A DNA stretch of 62,591 nt, filler included, from Sphacelaria rigidula (GCA_964200075.2; 7 parts of 7 records of this genome joined end to end with filler, not necessarily neighbours in it), one strand, 5' to 3'; shown: positions 24,826 to 38,966, counted from the first letter of the whole stretch. Notes: generated by a model from the letters alone, not told the origin. Numbers and translations: made by a program.

Positions 24826-25360
24826 TCTAGGGTTAGTGTTGGAATAGGGTCAGGGGCGTGGTACCTGCAGGGACTGACCCGATAGGTTTTGAAAAACGTC
24901 GATCCTGAGGTATTTTGAACTACGGCGCGGTCCTCTAAGCACGCGGTCCTCTCATGCATTACACCACTTCGATTCGTAGGCATGTGAGGAAGGAATGGAC
25001 CACAAAATGTTAATTGTGAAGTGTGCACCACCCCCCACGAGTAGGCACGTCCTCTGCATAAGTGTGCGCTTTCTGCTCTTTGCGGTTTAATTCTGTAGTT
25101 TTTCCTTCCCCGTCGTACTTTTGAACCTTTTCCACTCCTAGCACAGCCCCGAGTCTCGAGGGATCAACCCGGTGCCTCCTTGGAATTTTGTTTTGGTAGA
25201 GTCGCGGATTGGGTCGGCATTCTCGCACTACGTCAACTCCCGTCAAGGTCTCTTCCGCGGTACTTATGATTCAGCGACAGAAACTAACCCTAACCCTAAC
25301 TATAGGGGTGTTCAAACTCCGATGCGGTCCTCCAAGCACGCGGTCCTCTCACGCATTACA
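24826..25360. mobile_element. Ginger-like telomeric-repeat MITE split into two halves by a local inversion
   Basis: Left half is reversed at ~24826-24963 (flank ccac) and right half is forward at ~25282-25360 (flank gtgg). Same family as 8965-9175. Confidence 0.75.
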
Positions 25361-26769
25361 GTGGTACCCGTGAAGTATTACCACCGTTCGACCCGTCGTC
25401 AAAACAATACTTGTTCATTGTGGTGAGGATGGGCAATAGAATTTGGACCTTCAACCGCCGCGCCTCTGCGATGCAATGCCTGATGCTACAATTGCAAGGG
25501 TCGGACAAATTGAGTACTCGTCTGGAAATTACTCGATTATAGTGTAATTCATAGCGTACGAATCAATCCTCTCGCTTTGTTTTCAGCGTTGCAACCCAGG
25601 TACGCGCGGCCCAGGGACGTGGAACGGCGAAAACAATACGTGGAGACCTTTTTGACCAGCGGTCAACTTTTTTCTTTCTTTCGAGCAAGCACGCCTAAAA
25701 AATCGTGGATTTTTAATCGTAGATTTAGTGAGTCGAACCGGCGATGATTCGTCCGAACCATGTACCACTGACACAATTAGGGTGAAACGAACGGCGTTCG
25801 ATTCCCGCCCAAAGCGTTTGGCTTTTTTTTCTCCGCAAAGTGTATGATCCCTGCCGTTGAAAGCGTGAAGACGTACGTGAGTGTACCAGTCGCAAAAAGA
25901 ATGACTATGTACTTTTGGAGAGTCAACGAGGTGCGGGAGTATCGGTCATGACCCCATCCGCGAGACCAAAATGAAAACTTGTACTAGGGAAGAGATGGCT
26001 TCATTACTCGAGACCCCGGATCCATGCCGGGGAAGGAGGGTAATTTGAAATGTAACGAAAATGAGGAGGGGGGACTGCCATGCGAAGGTCATGGCCAGCG
26101 CCCCATATTACGTCGGGCAAGGTAGTTTAAACAGGAAGGAGAAAAACCCAGATATTCGGATATCGTGCTGATAACGCCCGTTGTCTCGGGAAATTTGGAA
26201 TTATGTTTCGTGCAAATATAGACGGAAGGCCCATGTGCTGAGAGAGCCAGTAGGGGGGGGAGCGGAATCATTATTTGACAATGAAAAATCGAATGAGGTA
26301 TTTGTCTATATCTGATGACCAATAAACGCTGACTTTATCGCAGACATGCCATATTTTCATTTACTTTCGTCAGCGACCAGGGCGGCTGTTCAAGCGGCAC
26401 AAAGAAGAAGGCGCTACTCCCGAATAATAAACATGCTGCAGTCATTGCCATCTGCCCCCGCGTTCGGCTGTCGTGAAAAAACTGCACCGCATGGGCCATG
26501 TTCCAGAGCACAATCGCACCACGTCCTACTGCGACGGAACGGAAAGGTTCTGCAGCGGGCAACAGAACCCGGAGTGCCTGCAAACACTACGAGAAAAGGC
26601 CTGGCGGCTTCGCGGTCGAAGTTAGCCTGCCTTTCCCGAACGTCCTCGGTCTGCTTTGGGTTGGGATTTCGGTTAGGGTTCGCACTAGGCTTGAGATGTA
26701 TAGCCTCTGCCAGACGATCTGGACAAGAGGGCTATTCAGTGAGGGACTTCTCCAGAATCCACTGGCCTC

Positions 26770-26869
26770 NNNNNNNNNNNNNNNNNNNNNNNNNNNNNNN
26801 NNNNNNNNNNNNNTTAATTAATTAANNNNNNNNNNNNNNNNNNNNNNNNNNNNNNNNNNNNNNNNNNNN
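26770..26869. other. Artificial contig linker
   Basis: 44 N + TTAATTAATTAA + 44 N. Confidence 0.99.
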
Positions 26870-27355
26870 GAATGGCGCAAAAGTTGCGTAGATACCCCTT
26901 GGACCAGCGGTCAACTCTTTTCTCCCTTTTGGGCAATCAGGCCGAATAAATCGTGGATTTGGTGATTCGAACTCGTGATGATTCGTCCCAACCGTGAAAA
27001 GTTCTAGATCCAAGTTCTCAACTCGTAAGTTCTTGAGCGGTGGCGCTACCAGTAGAAATGAGCTTCAAATATGCTTGCTTGTTTACCGGACTGCCTGCGT
27101 GAAGAAGATGGAGGTGGTGCCGCGGAGGGGTTCGCAATGGTTAGCGTGGACACCGAAGGGGCCTTGGCCGACATCTCTATGTCTGCCCGTCGCTCTCTGC
27201 GCGCCTTGATGGTTATCTGTAGGTCAGACATTGCCGAGTCGATTTTTCTCCGCTGTTGAGACGTTAGACACATACAGACAGGCGGACAAAGCGACAGACA
27301 GAAATAAACACATAGGGGTCAACAGAGGTACAAACATAGGTAAGAGTGAAAGATA

Positions 27356-27699
27356 CAAGGTTGGGTTCTGTAGGGTACGATTTTTCGTGTACGTGTACAC
27401 GGGGTCTTTACCCGGTTAATACCCATACCCGACAGCTCTGCGACTTTTACGAGTCTCTCATAGCGGTACCCGATTCTTCTTTGAGACCCGAACGAAATAT
27501 CCACTTGTACCCGGAGTACGGGTACACTCTTGAAGAAATATCCGGGTGAGGGTGAGGATTTTGTACAACATCCATACCGTACCCTACAGGTTCTGTAGGT
27601 GCCAAAAGATTTATATGCCGATACTCGGCCTGTCTGTAAGTTCCGTGAAAAATCGCATACCCTACCGAGCGTATCCATACCCAACATATCACAACCTTA
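27356..27699. mobile_element. Non-autonomous TIR element with many GGTA/TACCC subterminal motifs (hAT-like ends)
   Basis: Ends caaggttggg / cacaacctta; dense gggtac/gtaccc repeats. Confidence 0.45.
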
Positions 27700-27830
27700 G
27701 AAACATACAAACAGGCAGGCAACGCAACGACAAATTAAAACAGAAAGACAGAAGACAAGAGAAGTAAAACAAAAGGCACTGAGCTCTGGAAAAAGACCAA
27801 CGGAGAGGCGGAACGACCAATTTTATCATC

Positions 27831-28144
27831 ATTTCATTATTATTTACTTGTCGCACTTTAACCCCCCCCCTCCTCAGGACGAGTCCGTGGTCTCAAGGGA
27901 TCATACCGCCTCTCGTCGGTACACGCCTTGCATTTTGGTCCGATTGGGTCATGACTATCAGCCTTCCCGGACCGCGTCGACTCACGTCAAACAAACTCAG
28001 TCAACTACTTGTGTGTACTCACGTTCTCACGCTTTCCACGGTGAAAATCAGATACTACGAGGGAAAAACCCAACGCATCAGGAATCGAACCCTCGTTTCT
28101 TTCCACCCTAATGGCGACAGTCGAACCACTACACCACCAGGGCG
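27831..28144 (-). mobile_element. tRNA-derived SINE, full length
   Basis: On -: A box TGGTGTAGTGG, B box GGTTCGATTCC, body shared with 49595-49920, AT-rich tail. Confidence 0.8.
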
Positions 28145-28272
28145 CCAAGCGAGGACGATGATCGCAATGAACAACAACAAAAAAACTCCAAGCAAGCAGC
28201 AGCAGCAGCAGCAGTGAGGGGATACACGATACAAGCACTACCCTACTTACGGCCACGTTCACCAATGGAATG

Positions 28273-28307
<35 letters not shown>

Positions 28308-28739
28308 GAGCATGACACACACACAATCACCCGTCCTCACGTTGCTGCGAATATTCTTCCGAATGTGGCGCAGTTCCGGATCGAGAGTATCCCGTGCGTC
28401 ATCCCCGGCGAACTCTCCCCCCTCTTCCTCATCCTCTTGGTCATACTCCGCCACGATTCCTCTCGCCGTCTCCGTCTGGGTCATTATCCACAACCACGGG
28501 GGCGGGCGCGGGCCGTGGGTGGATGGAGGGCGGATCGCAGGTGGCCATTTTAGTTCATAGACACTTTGTTCTTCTCTAGTCATACTTAACAGTCTAACCT
28601 CCCCCCTTCCTCGGCTTTCCTCGGAATTAGCTTGCAGTCTCAAGGGATCATTCAGTTACCTATCCATCTCCCGGTACAAGTCTTGGTTTTTGGTACTGCG
28701 GATTGACTCAGCAGCACTCACACTTCGCGTTGACTATCG

Positions 28740-28959
28740 TCAGTATAGTTTTTTTTGCTGCTCACGGAAGGGAATGGAAGAGACTGCTGGACCCCTCTCG
28801 CGATATAAAATATAGGCAAGCACCGGAGGAGGACGATGTAGTACAAAAAACGAACAAAGAAGAAAAATTCCTGTATTGACCATCTTCCTGTGTGACCCCG
28901 GCTGGTGCGCCCACATATACCGAAAGGTGTAGACCGGTGTCCAGAATAGATGGGATGAC

Positions 28960-29026
<67 letters not shown>
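28740..29026 (-). repeat. Dispersed repeat (gcaccagccggggtcacacagga...gtccctttcc) with (TG)n microsatellite
   Basis: Homologous to ~56238-56460 (+). (CA)n tract at ~28959-29026. Confidence 0.75.
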
Positions 29027-29030
<4 letters not shown>

Positions 29031-29936
29031 GTCCTCCCCACCTTTTCAACGACGACGGCAATTCAGATATTCCTCCTCATCAAAAAAAGGGAAAAAACAC
29101 GAAGGCATACGCATATGCCGGAGTTCGAAACCGCAACGCTGTCCATCCCTTTACTATTCGTTTATTTTTTTTCACTCGATTTAATTTAATTTAATAATTA
29201 TTTCAATTTTCATATTTTACTTTTTATTGCCTTCCTGTTTGTCCCTCGTTTTTTCCTTGCCCGGTTTACTCCGCTTATTTGTTTTCTCAATTTTTCCTTT
29301 CTTTCGTATTTTCGTCTCTTTTCCAGAGCTTCCTTTAGCGAGGATTTCCGTTCTGCTTGTCTTGGATACGCTCAGCTCGTGATCGGGGCCGCATGGCTTC
29401 CTCTGGGATCAGTTGAAGTAGTGCGACTATCAATCAACCAGTCAACCTCCCGCCCTGATTGATTCGAGGTGTACCCACTTACACCTGCGGGGGGCGGCGA
29501 CATTGGCGGTGTGTTCACCCGTAGTGTACGCAGTATTGGTCGTTATCCACATCAGGGTGATGCTACGGTAGGGGTGTACAAATATTTTCTCAAGTTAGGA
29601 TTGTCAGAAGCTCTTGACCTAATCCAAAACACGACCTATGAAGTATGTGAGAGTACGCCAGGATTACTATTCAAATGTGTTAGGGGTATCCCGAATTAAT
29701 TCGCAAACGAGGATGCCCTGACCTTGACCCATAGGATTGTGCATCTAGAATCGTTAAGAGCCACTGAACTAGACAAGATTTCGAGCAGAATGTGCACTCC
29801 TACCGTAGCATTGCTCATAAATCGAAAGGAAGATAGATGTCGTCACCCCGCGGCTCCCGGACTACACGCGCGGCGTGCCCTAGGGAAGAAGCACCAGCCA
29901 CATGACAATAACTGCATCCTCGATATGCTCTTGTAA

Positions 29937-30824
29937 GATCGTTTCTTTCACTATAGTCTGAAAACGGACTCTCTGAGAACTTCCCTTTTTGAGCCCTTCA
30001 TCGCGGACATTTGGCGGAATACGGGCCTAGGCGGATTGGGCTTCTTCTGGAAGATTTGCTATGCTTTACAAGAGTATTCTAGCGCACATCTACCATCTTA
30101 GGCCGGATCTTATGGCACACAGATTTTTAGCCGGCGGATTGTTCACTTTCGGGACGTTCAAGCCACTTTTTGACCCCGCAACAGGGAAAGTCGCCAACAC
30201 ACGTCTTGGACACTTTGCATCCCCCCACAGAGAGGAGCCCAGGCCACTTTTCAGATTCGCTTGGCTCCAAGGTTTCGAGAGCGGCTGCTGAACAATAATC
30301 GTGTGCAATAAAATCTACGGCGATCTGCACAGATTATTGGGAAAACCGGCGGGGGTCAGCAAGCACAGATTTTTGCACACGAATTATTGTTCAGCGGCCA
30401 ATCCCGAAACCTCGGAGCCAAGAAAATCTGAAAAGCAGACTCCTCTCCGTGGGGTGATGCGAAGTGTCCGAGACGTGTGTTGGCGATTTTCCCTGTTTGG
30501 GGGTGAAAAGGTGGGTCAGACGTCCCAAAAGTGAACAATCCGCGGGTCAAAAATCTGTTTGCCATAACATCCGGCCTTACATGCGCCCAGTTTTACCTTG
30601 GGCCGGATTCCCGATTTTATCAGTCGCACCGAAAATCTTCGAGTTGTCGGGAAAACGTCGTACGAAAAATTGGGGAAGTGCGCTAGAATCCTCTTGAAAA
30701 GCATAGCAAACCTTTCAAAGGAAGCCCAATCCGCCAACGCCCGTATTCCGCAAAAAAAACCGCGATGAAAGGCTCGAAAAGGGAAGTTCTCAGAGAGTCC
30801 GTTTTCAGACTAAAAGAAACGGTC
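29937..30824. mobile_element. 888-bp foldback element with ~390-bp imperfect arms and TAA TSD (PIF/Harbinger-like)
   Basis: taa|gatcgtttc...tagtctgaaaacggactctctgagaacttccc versus gggaagttctcagagagtccgttttcagacta...gaaacggtc|taa. Inner arms are also complementary. Confidence 0.8.
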
Positions 30825-33407
30825 TAAGGACTTTCGGAGCATGAAGTGACATAAAAGGGCAGCAGTATAAAATACTAATAAATAGCAGTCAGATATAAAA
30901 ATATAAAAATATACAATTATATAGTTTGGTCACGTTGCAAGAGTCGAGCATTTGCCGCGATCATCTCTGCTCATTTGTCAAACATTGATTTCGATTCCTC
31001 GGCCATGAGTGACATCAAAAACGGATGATGACAACAGCAACAAATGAGACCCACATACACACATATGTTGGAGCATGATACATGATAGAAAGTGGCATAC
31101 ACATGGTGGAGTATGACACATGTTGCAATACGACACACATGTTAGAATACGACACACCCATTGGAATACGACACTCAAATTAGGATACTACACAGGCCTT
31201 GGAATATGACACACCTGCCACTTGATGTCGCTGTTGTTGGCGCCCACCCTAGCGGTCTCGGAAACCTGTGTGGCGGTGCACTTTCCCAGCTCCCCCACAG
31301 CATCACGAAGCCTGGATATAGATAGTCCAGTGAGGGTGGAAAAAAATAGTGAAATAGGAGAGAGGGAGCTCCGAGAGTGGGCAGAACAAACAGCAATGCA
31401 AAATCTACTTTGAAAAGTGCGGAGCTTTAATTCGGGAGCTGTTCTTGATTTCACAAAAAACAACAACCACACATAGAGAGAGGTCCAATTTTGACATGGT
31501 TTTCTTGTTTTTTCTTGGTCCCTGTCTTCAAAGAGGACATTTCGCCCCCAAAAGTGAGGGGCAACAACTCCTGAAAGAAGAGAACATTTTCTCTGTCATT
31601 GACCTATAATAAAAAAGCAGCTTTTCACCCCCATGACTTCTGTTTTTATCGACCTCATGCCCCTCTCTCATTCGCGTTGACCTCTCTTCTCCAGCAGCTC
31701 TCCCCCTCTCATGAACTCAGCCCATTCACCGCGCTGAGCGAAACCGACCTCCACCACAATATTCATTCATCCATCGCCTCAACGTCGAGGCCAAAATGCT
31801 GCTTCGCTCTGCCCCATGTGCACACAGAAGCGGTAGTACCTCGGATGTAGCTCCGACCGTAGCTTCGTGAACTACCGTCCGCGTCAACTCAATGTCACCA
31901 TCCAGTGGCAAGATGGAACAACAGTAGGTATAAAGATATATGAACACTATTATTACCATATTTTTATGCGACAAAACAACTTTTACTTCCACATAAAGTC
32001 TTCTTCTCATGCTTTTTTCCCCTCTGTTTTTTTGGTTGTATTGTCGACCCCTCCCCATCTCCTCCGGACGAGTCCTGGTCTCAGGTCTCGAGACATCAAT
32101 CCACTTCTTCCCACGCCACCTGCTTGACGTCTGTGAAGATTGTCTCACCATGCATTTTCACCAAGATTTACACGCCTTTCTGATTCTGCTTTCAACACCA
32201 AATTTGGCAAACTGATGCTGGAAACATATTCCAAGAGATCTCGGGCATTTGTTCCAAAATAGCTCTCCCCGAATGTTGTCACTTGATTTGAGTGTATTAC
32301 TACCGATATCCGTATCTTTCATGGGTGTGACAGTCCCATGGGTTCCTAGCTTGCACAGAACGCGTTTTTGTCCAAAACGGCGCCTGCGCCGATTGGAGGG
32401 CTGCCAACGCAAACTTTTCCTGAAGCACCCCTTGCACCCCCCTTGCCAGAGGGTTCTCAGTATACCTTGTTCGGGCTAGAGCTAGGGTCGGCGTTAGCAT
32501 TGGCGTTAGCCTCAATGTCAGCGTTAGCCTCAATGTCAGCGTTAGTATTGGCGTTAGCGTTATTTCAAAATAATGAATTTGGGGGAATTCCTTCGACCAC
32601 TGTGCACGACAAACGACAAATGCGCAAGTTCGGCTCACACGTTCCCTCACCCACATACAAGAAAAATCGACATTACATGTATAGCGTCCTATGCTCCACA
32701 CATGCGCAAATTAGACTTGATAAATTTGACCGCAATCCACGCTCCCCGCCCAAGGAAATACACACACGTCAACATGCGTCACGTACTGTACACGCAACAC
32801 GCAAACATGAACATCTGAGTATGGTTACCAACCACATAGGAAGAGGAGACACACACACACGCTACAAGCTACACGCAATGCACTACATGGTACTTTATAA
32901 CGCTCGTAACAAATAAGCGACGAACGTATGTCATTCTCCACTTCCTAGTATGAATCTAAATCGACAGCAAGCAGTGGAACATGGCACACATCGAGATAAT
33001 GAACGTTGAAATGTGACGAAACTTGAAATATATCGCACATTAAAATATGCCTCACATTGATATATGCCGCACATTGAAATATGCCGCGCATTGAAAAATG
33101 ACACAAATAGGGATATTACACACACAAACACACCTCCGGAGGGTATCCAGCATTCCCTCGATCCCGTCGTCCATACCGGCGGACCAGCCCACCTCTCTCA
33201 AGACACCTTCGTCTCCCAGCTCCCTCAACTCTCGCAGCTGCCCTAAAACCTCCAACACAGTCTTCCACGCCGTGCCTTCCATGACAGAGGAAGGGACACC
33301 CTTCCTCTCTTTATTTTGCGTAGTCGATACCGATGTAAGCGGCACGCGGCAAGAGAGGAGCCCGAGGGGGTGGGGAGGGGAAGGAGGTTGGGTCCTTCTT
33401 ACCGAAG

Positions 33408-34209
33408 GGGATTTTCCCCTTTTTCAAAATACCCTCTTCGAAAAACGACCCCTGATTGGTCGCTGCGATACCACCCCCCCCCCTAAAATCCCCAAAACAT
33501 GCGAAGAAGTCCCCTCTTTTGGAGGGATTTCAGGAAGCGCAAAAAGACTTCCTGAAATCCCCTTTTCAAAAGGGGATTTCCGGACACCTCGAAGAGGAAC
33601 ATACATGTCCGGTTGACAGGGACACATGCAAAAGCCTGCCACACAACCCAACACAATCAGCGCTGAACCTGAGAAGCTTGGTGGCCCCGCAAACCAAAAA
33701 CACACAGGTCGAGCCGTAGGTGCTCATCAGCTGTGCACGTTGCGCGTGACGTTGCTCGAATCTGTTCAGAATTCATCGAGAAATGAATATTTGTGTGAGA
33801 CGCGCGCACAGCACAAGCTCACACAAACGGTCAGCAACGACACGTTTTCGGTTGTTTTTGATACGCACGCGGCGCCCATTCGTCCAATACAGAACGGATT
33901 CCTTTCGAACAAATACTGCAGTGTGTAGATCAGCACGGTCTAGCGCTGGAACTAATGCGCGTGAGTGGTGGGTGTCTGTGCGTGGTTTTTCGGGGCTGGG
34001 TGTGTAGGTGCTGTGTTGCCTTGTGCGTCTTGTCAGTAGCATTACACAGAACTTGGACTAACGACCACTTCTAGACCCGCCGCGTTTCTGAACCTAAGGA
34101 CAGATCTGGGGTCCGATCTGTCCAAAACTGCTTCTCGATAGGACTCAGGACCTGTCGTTATGGGACCAATCCCCTGTCAAAAGGGGATTGTGAAAAGGGG
34201 GAAAAGCCC
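33408..34209. mobile_element. ~800-bp non-autonomous TIR element (GGG...CCC ends)
   Basis: gggattttcccctttttcaaaat versus attgtgaaaagggggaaaagccc. Its right end is homologous to 84-237. Confidence 0.5.
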
Positions 34210-34745
34210 TTGACCCTTAGACCGCGGTGCGGGTAGTCCATCTAGATCACGCATATTTTCTTCAAGTGAAAATTGATGCCGATTCAGCATGTGACCTACC
34301 CTCGTAGTCTAAGGGTTAACAAAACAAGGGGAAATAGATCAGTCCACGATATCTTGAAATTCAAGATATGTCAGCTTGTTGAACCGGCATAATTTTTCAC
34401 TTTTGGAAAATGACGGGGGGACTCAGGTGTCCAATCTGTGGTAACCTGAAAGGCTATTTTGTCCACTGGTTCACAGAAGCGGTACACAGGTGCGAGCAAT
34501 TCCGAAGGTCCGAGTGTAGTCTAGAACGACCTCTGGAGTCGTGCAATGACAAGGACAGAGGAAAAGGATGAAAGGGTACACAACAAGAGGATTATGTACA
34601 CATTCGGCTTTGCTCAGTAGAATACATGGCATAGCTACACACATGAGGAGCGGTAATATGAGCAGTCAACACATATCATCGCGGTATATTTAGTTGTGAT
34701 CACCGCTGGACTCGTAGCGACGGCATTGATGCGCTGTGAATCAAT

Positions 34746-34915
34746 CACACCTTGGACAATATATGCTCAATAGTTGCAATAGACAAGAAGTGTCCTGCAT
34801 AAAGTATACATCTATTGTTGCTATTCTCGGCCGACAGGAGTTACGATAGGCCTATACTTTATGCAGTACACTTCTCGTCTAGTGCATCTATTGACCATAT
34901 ACTGTCCAGGGTATG
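34746..34915. mobile_element. MITE family D (TIR ACACCCTGGACAA)
   Basis: Related copy at 58038-58212 and diverged copy at ~36988-37112. Confidence 0.65.
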
Positions 34916-35725
34916 GAATCAATCCATCTATTTATATATCAATAAATCAACCAATCCGCTAATCAATCGATGTACGGTCAAGTATAAGTATACATCCTCA
35001 GTTTACCCCCTTGACCGTCAGGATAGGTCATCTGGGTCACAAAGTCCTTTTTTAAGTAAATGTAATGCCAATTCAACAGATGACCTACCCTGGTGGTCAC
35101 AGGGTTCGAGTATGATCACCTGCAGTACACGAAGCGATAACACTTTCAGGTTTGGGCGCCGACATGCTGTCTATTGATCTCGCGTACGGTACGTACCCAT
35201 TCCGAGTTGTCCGTGATATCAGTTCAAAATGTTCTTGCAACACCTGATCCCGATCCACTTGGAACTGATCGTTTCGAAGTCAAGATATCGAAGTATTTTT
35301 GGCAGTTACTCCAAGAGTTAAATGCCCATATAAATATATATATATATATATGTGCATTATGGAGAACATAAATGAAAACTACCGACATTGATAGCGTCTG
35401 CGATATCGTGTGTTGGAATCCATGTGCACAACTGGTCGAAAACCCAACGCAAAACTAGTAACTGGAAACCAGCAACTAAAAGGGGAGCGCGCGGAAGGAT
35501 AGCGCGCTACGCGTACAGTAGCACAAAAGCCCACGGCCATCCACACGTTCTCGGTGAAATACATGGCATACCATTATCTCTGGCCTACACAACGACAACG
35601 AAATAGATCGATGTGAAACACTTTCCTATGGTGTAGGGATGGGGGGGGGGGGGGGGGAAAAAAAATAAAAAAAAATGAGGAAACACAAGAAGCGCCCGAG
35701 GGAAAAAGGTAGAAGGCGGAAAAAA

Positions 35726-35825
35726 NNNNNNNNNNNNNNNNNNNNNNNNNNNNNNNNNNNNNNNNNNNNTTAATTAATTAANNNNNNNNNNNNNNNNNNN
35801 NNNNNNNNNNNNNNNNNNNNNNNNN
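35726..35825. other. Artificial contig linker
   Basis: 44 N + TTAATTAATTAA + 44 N. Confidence 0.99.
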
Positions 35826-37662
35826 GTGGGCTCCTCGTATGAGCAGAACGTGTTTTCGTTTAAATCGGCGCCACAGGCGTAGATTTGGGGTCTACCGAGG
35901 CCTCACTTTGTTCAAAGAATGTATGTGCCGCCCTTGCTCGAGGGCTCTCGGTGTGCGTTGGGTTGGATCAACCCAACTAGCCTACTGGCATTCCATCGTA
36001 TCGCAAGCACGGGCGAAAACCTACGCAGTGGCATGCAGCATATGTGGAGCAACAGAAGTAACGGTAGGGTTCTCTATATGAATTTTGGATCCATATCGTT
36101 CTCTTCCGATGACGTTAGGCATATTTTACCCGACGAGCCTGAATAAGCCCCAAAAGTCGATCTGTTCGTGTCTTTTCGTGATTTTGGTCGGTGACACTTT
36201 TTTGCCCAGTTTGGGGGGTCAGGCGCGCCCATAACAGTGTAGGGGCAGTGAGTCCCAAACTGCATAAAACAAACAAGCAGCAATGCTGCTTTTCGGGCTT
36301 GTCCACTTTCCAAAGTTGGAAATGGAAAACCACAAGGCCATGGGAGAAAAGTCGTGCACGTTGAATATTTCGCATAGAAAACGGACCAAAATGGGGAAAA
36401 TGGCTCTTTTTTGCGTCGTTAACCCTTTGACGGCGAGAGAAGGTCATGTGTTGAATCGGCATCAATTTCACTTGAAACAATTATGCATGATTCAGATGAA
36501 CTACCCTCGCGGCCAAGGAATTAAGAACGACCCCAATGTGCGCAAATATGTTTTGCGGGGAGGCTGCCCGCTAGTAACAAACTCAGACCAAAGTCGTCGT
36601 AGTGATGAGTGGGAAATAGAGCTGACGTTATTGGGCTGATCTACAGTATCGGTCCTGCGTTAGTCCATGAACAAAATATGACGCCTGATTCTCGTGCTGT
36701 ATTCTAAGTTAACTTTCGAGTATTGTTCTATCGGCCGCTCATCTCACGTCTTGGGCGCTTATCTATGTAAAACCCGTATTTGAGGTGTAGAATTGATATC
36801 TTGGAGGCGTTTGTTAGAGTAGTGATGTGCCCATGTCTTGGGTATTTGGCTGAGCGAGATGACGCGCGTGTGTGTAAGCTTGCCCACCCTCTTTCACTAA
36901 TTTGTTATTGTTAGTCCGCAGATGAAGAAATCAGATGAGAATATGCGACCAATAATCATAGGACGGTGATATGCAATAATATTTCATGCCCTGGATAATA
37001 GATTATATTGTCAATTAGTGTGCAGTATGGAATCTATTATCTATTACAATATACGCAATAGTCGATACTGTATACGCAGTACACTTTTTGACGATGCAAT
37101 ACATTATCCAGATTGTGTGCAAGATTTACTACCCAACTGAGGCCTTTCTTTTTTTTTCGTCGTTTTATTGTATTTTTTTGTTTGCTCTTGACTTTCCTCT
37201 TCTTTGCCTTTTTTTGTTTCAGGCCGACCATTTCTTCCTGTGCTTTGCTTGTGTTGGCTTTTTGATTACTTTTTTTGTTACGACTTGGTTTGCTATGTCG
37301 TTGTGTTCGACATACTTTTTTTTTCCTGTCCTTTTTTTCTTCAGAGCGTGGTTTCAGTTTCGTTTTTCTTGGGTACGTCTATCATGAGACCATGGCTGGA
37401 CCCCTGGGGGTTAGTTAAAGTGCGACAATCAATCAATCAATTGGGTATTCAACTACGTGCGTTCAAAGTGTACATGTTGTCGTACAGGTGATTTATATCG
37501 ACCACTCCGGTTCTCTCGCATGGGTTTGCCTTTGCATCAGTACCTGGGTACATAGCACTGTTCGGGAGTAATCTAAAAGCCAAGTATTGGCTCCGTTCGA
37601 GGCAGAACCTAGCAGAGTTGAGCTAAGGCTTTCGAATATGCAGAATAAGTTGCAGGCCGCTG

Positions 37663-37965
37663 CGGCCGGGTGGTGCAACGGTCCGACTGTCACCACTAGG
37701 GTGGAGAACATGGGTTCGATTCCTGCCAGATGAGTTGAGTTTTTTCTTCGTATTTGATTTTCAACGTCGAAAGCGGGTGTACGTGAGTAGACAAGATTAA
37801 GCTGGCCGAGTTTGTCTGACGAGACTTGATGCGGTGCGGGAGTGCTGGCCCAATCCGCGAGATCAAAATGCAAGGCATCAACCGGGGAGAGATGGGATGT
37901 TCCCTTGAGATCACGGACTCGTCCCGAGGAAGGGGAGCGGTCCAGAATGTGACCAAAAAATAAAA
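37663..37965 (+). mobile_element. tRNA-derived SINE
   Basis: ggtggtgcaacgg ... ggttcgattcc, with body aatccgcgagatcaaaatgcaaggc shared with other copies. Confidence 0.78.
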
Positions 37966-38966
37966 AGACAGTGACATGCATACCATATTTTCATTTTCAG
38001 CGACATATACTGAGCGTGAGATTGGATTAATCGAGTGGATACTGGAAGGTCGGGACCAGACAATAACAAAGAAGATATAACTTACGCGTGAGATATTGGT
38101 GTTCTTGAACACGTCTTGTATGGAACTGGTGCACAGTGTGAGAGTACACTGAACAGTACCTTGTGGCTTGGCTGGACGGTCCGTCGACTGTCCACTTGCC
38201 TTGCCTAGTGAGCCTGTGCTTGCCATAACAGCATCGTCACCCCATTACAATTTGAGGGCAATTTAAAACATAGCCTGGAAACGAATGCGTGGGTTAGGTA
38301 CGTGATACTTTATAGTGCGGGTGAGACTATGAAATAAGGTTTGACCCAGGGTTCACCATTACAGCGTGTTGCTTGCTTCCAGCTGTTTTCACATGTGCCT
38401 GCTCCTTACATGTGGCGAAGGATTCGCAAGAGCGTGTTCCTCTCTTTCCCATTCCGTCCTTATGAGCAGTAGTGACAGGCAATATTTTGCACTCCCACTG
38501 GGTTCTTGGAGAGGTATGCACAATAGCGTCGTGACACGACTACATGCAGACTCGTCAACGGTGATGATGAGCGTATTTGTATAGCTGATCTTACCCATGC
38601 TATGACTTCATGATACTTGGCGTGCGCGTACGCTTGCGCGCGAAAAGTAGGCAACATAGTGCTATTTGTCGGCACATTAACAAGAAATAGTGGAGTCAGG
38701 TAGCATGTCTTTGGTACGCGGGTTCAAGAGCATGTCCGACTCAAAGTTTGTAAAGTACGTCCATCGGGTCTGGCGATTTAGCGGTACCGTTCTCCTTGTG
38801 TACTCGTAGCCAGGACTTCACTGCCTCTTGGTTGACTGTCTCATATCATATGGCAGCTTTCCCGTTATTTTTTCGAGAATCAAGGTTTTGGGTCTTATAT
38901 ATCGGTTTCTTGATGGCGGGCCGCTTCTTTACCGTACCCACTTACGTCCGCAACAATGAACTACAG

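Noticed and set aside
28005..29194. ORFs with CV/TH repeats
   Set aside because: They are translations of (CA)n microsatellites and SINE sequence.
31040..33110. 17-19-bp minisatellites (31040-31220, 33020-33100) and broken minus-strand frames as a transposase
   Set aside because: The repeats look ordinary and no convincing catalytic motif could be assigned.
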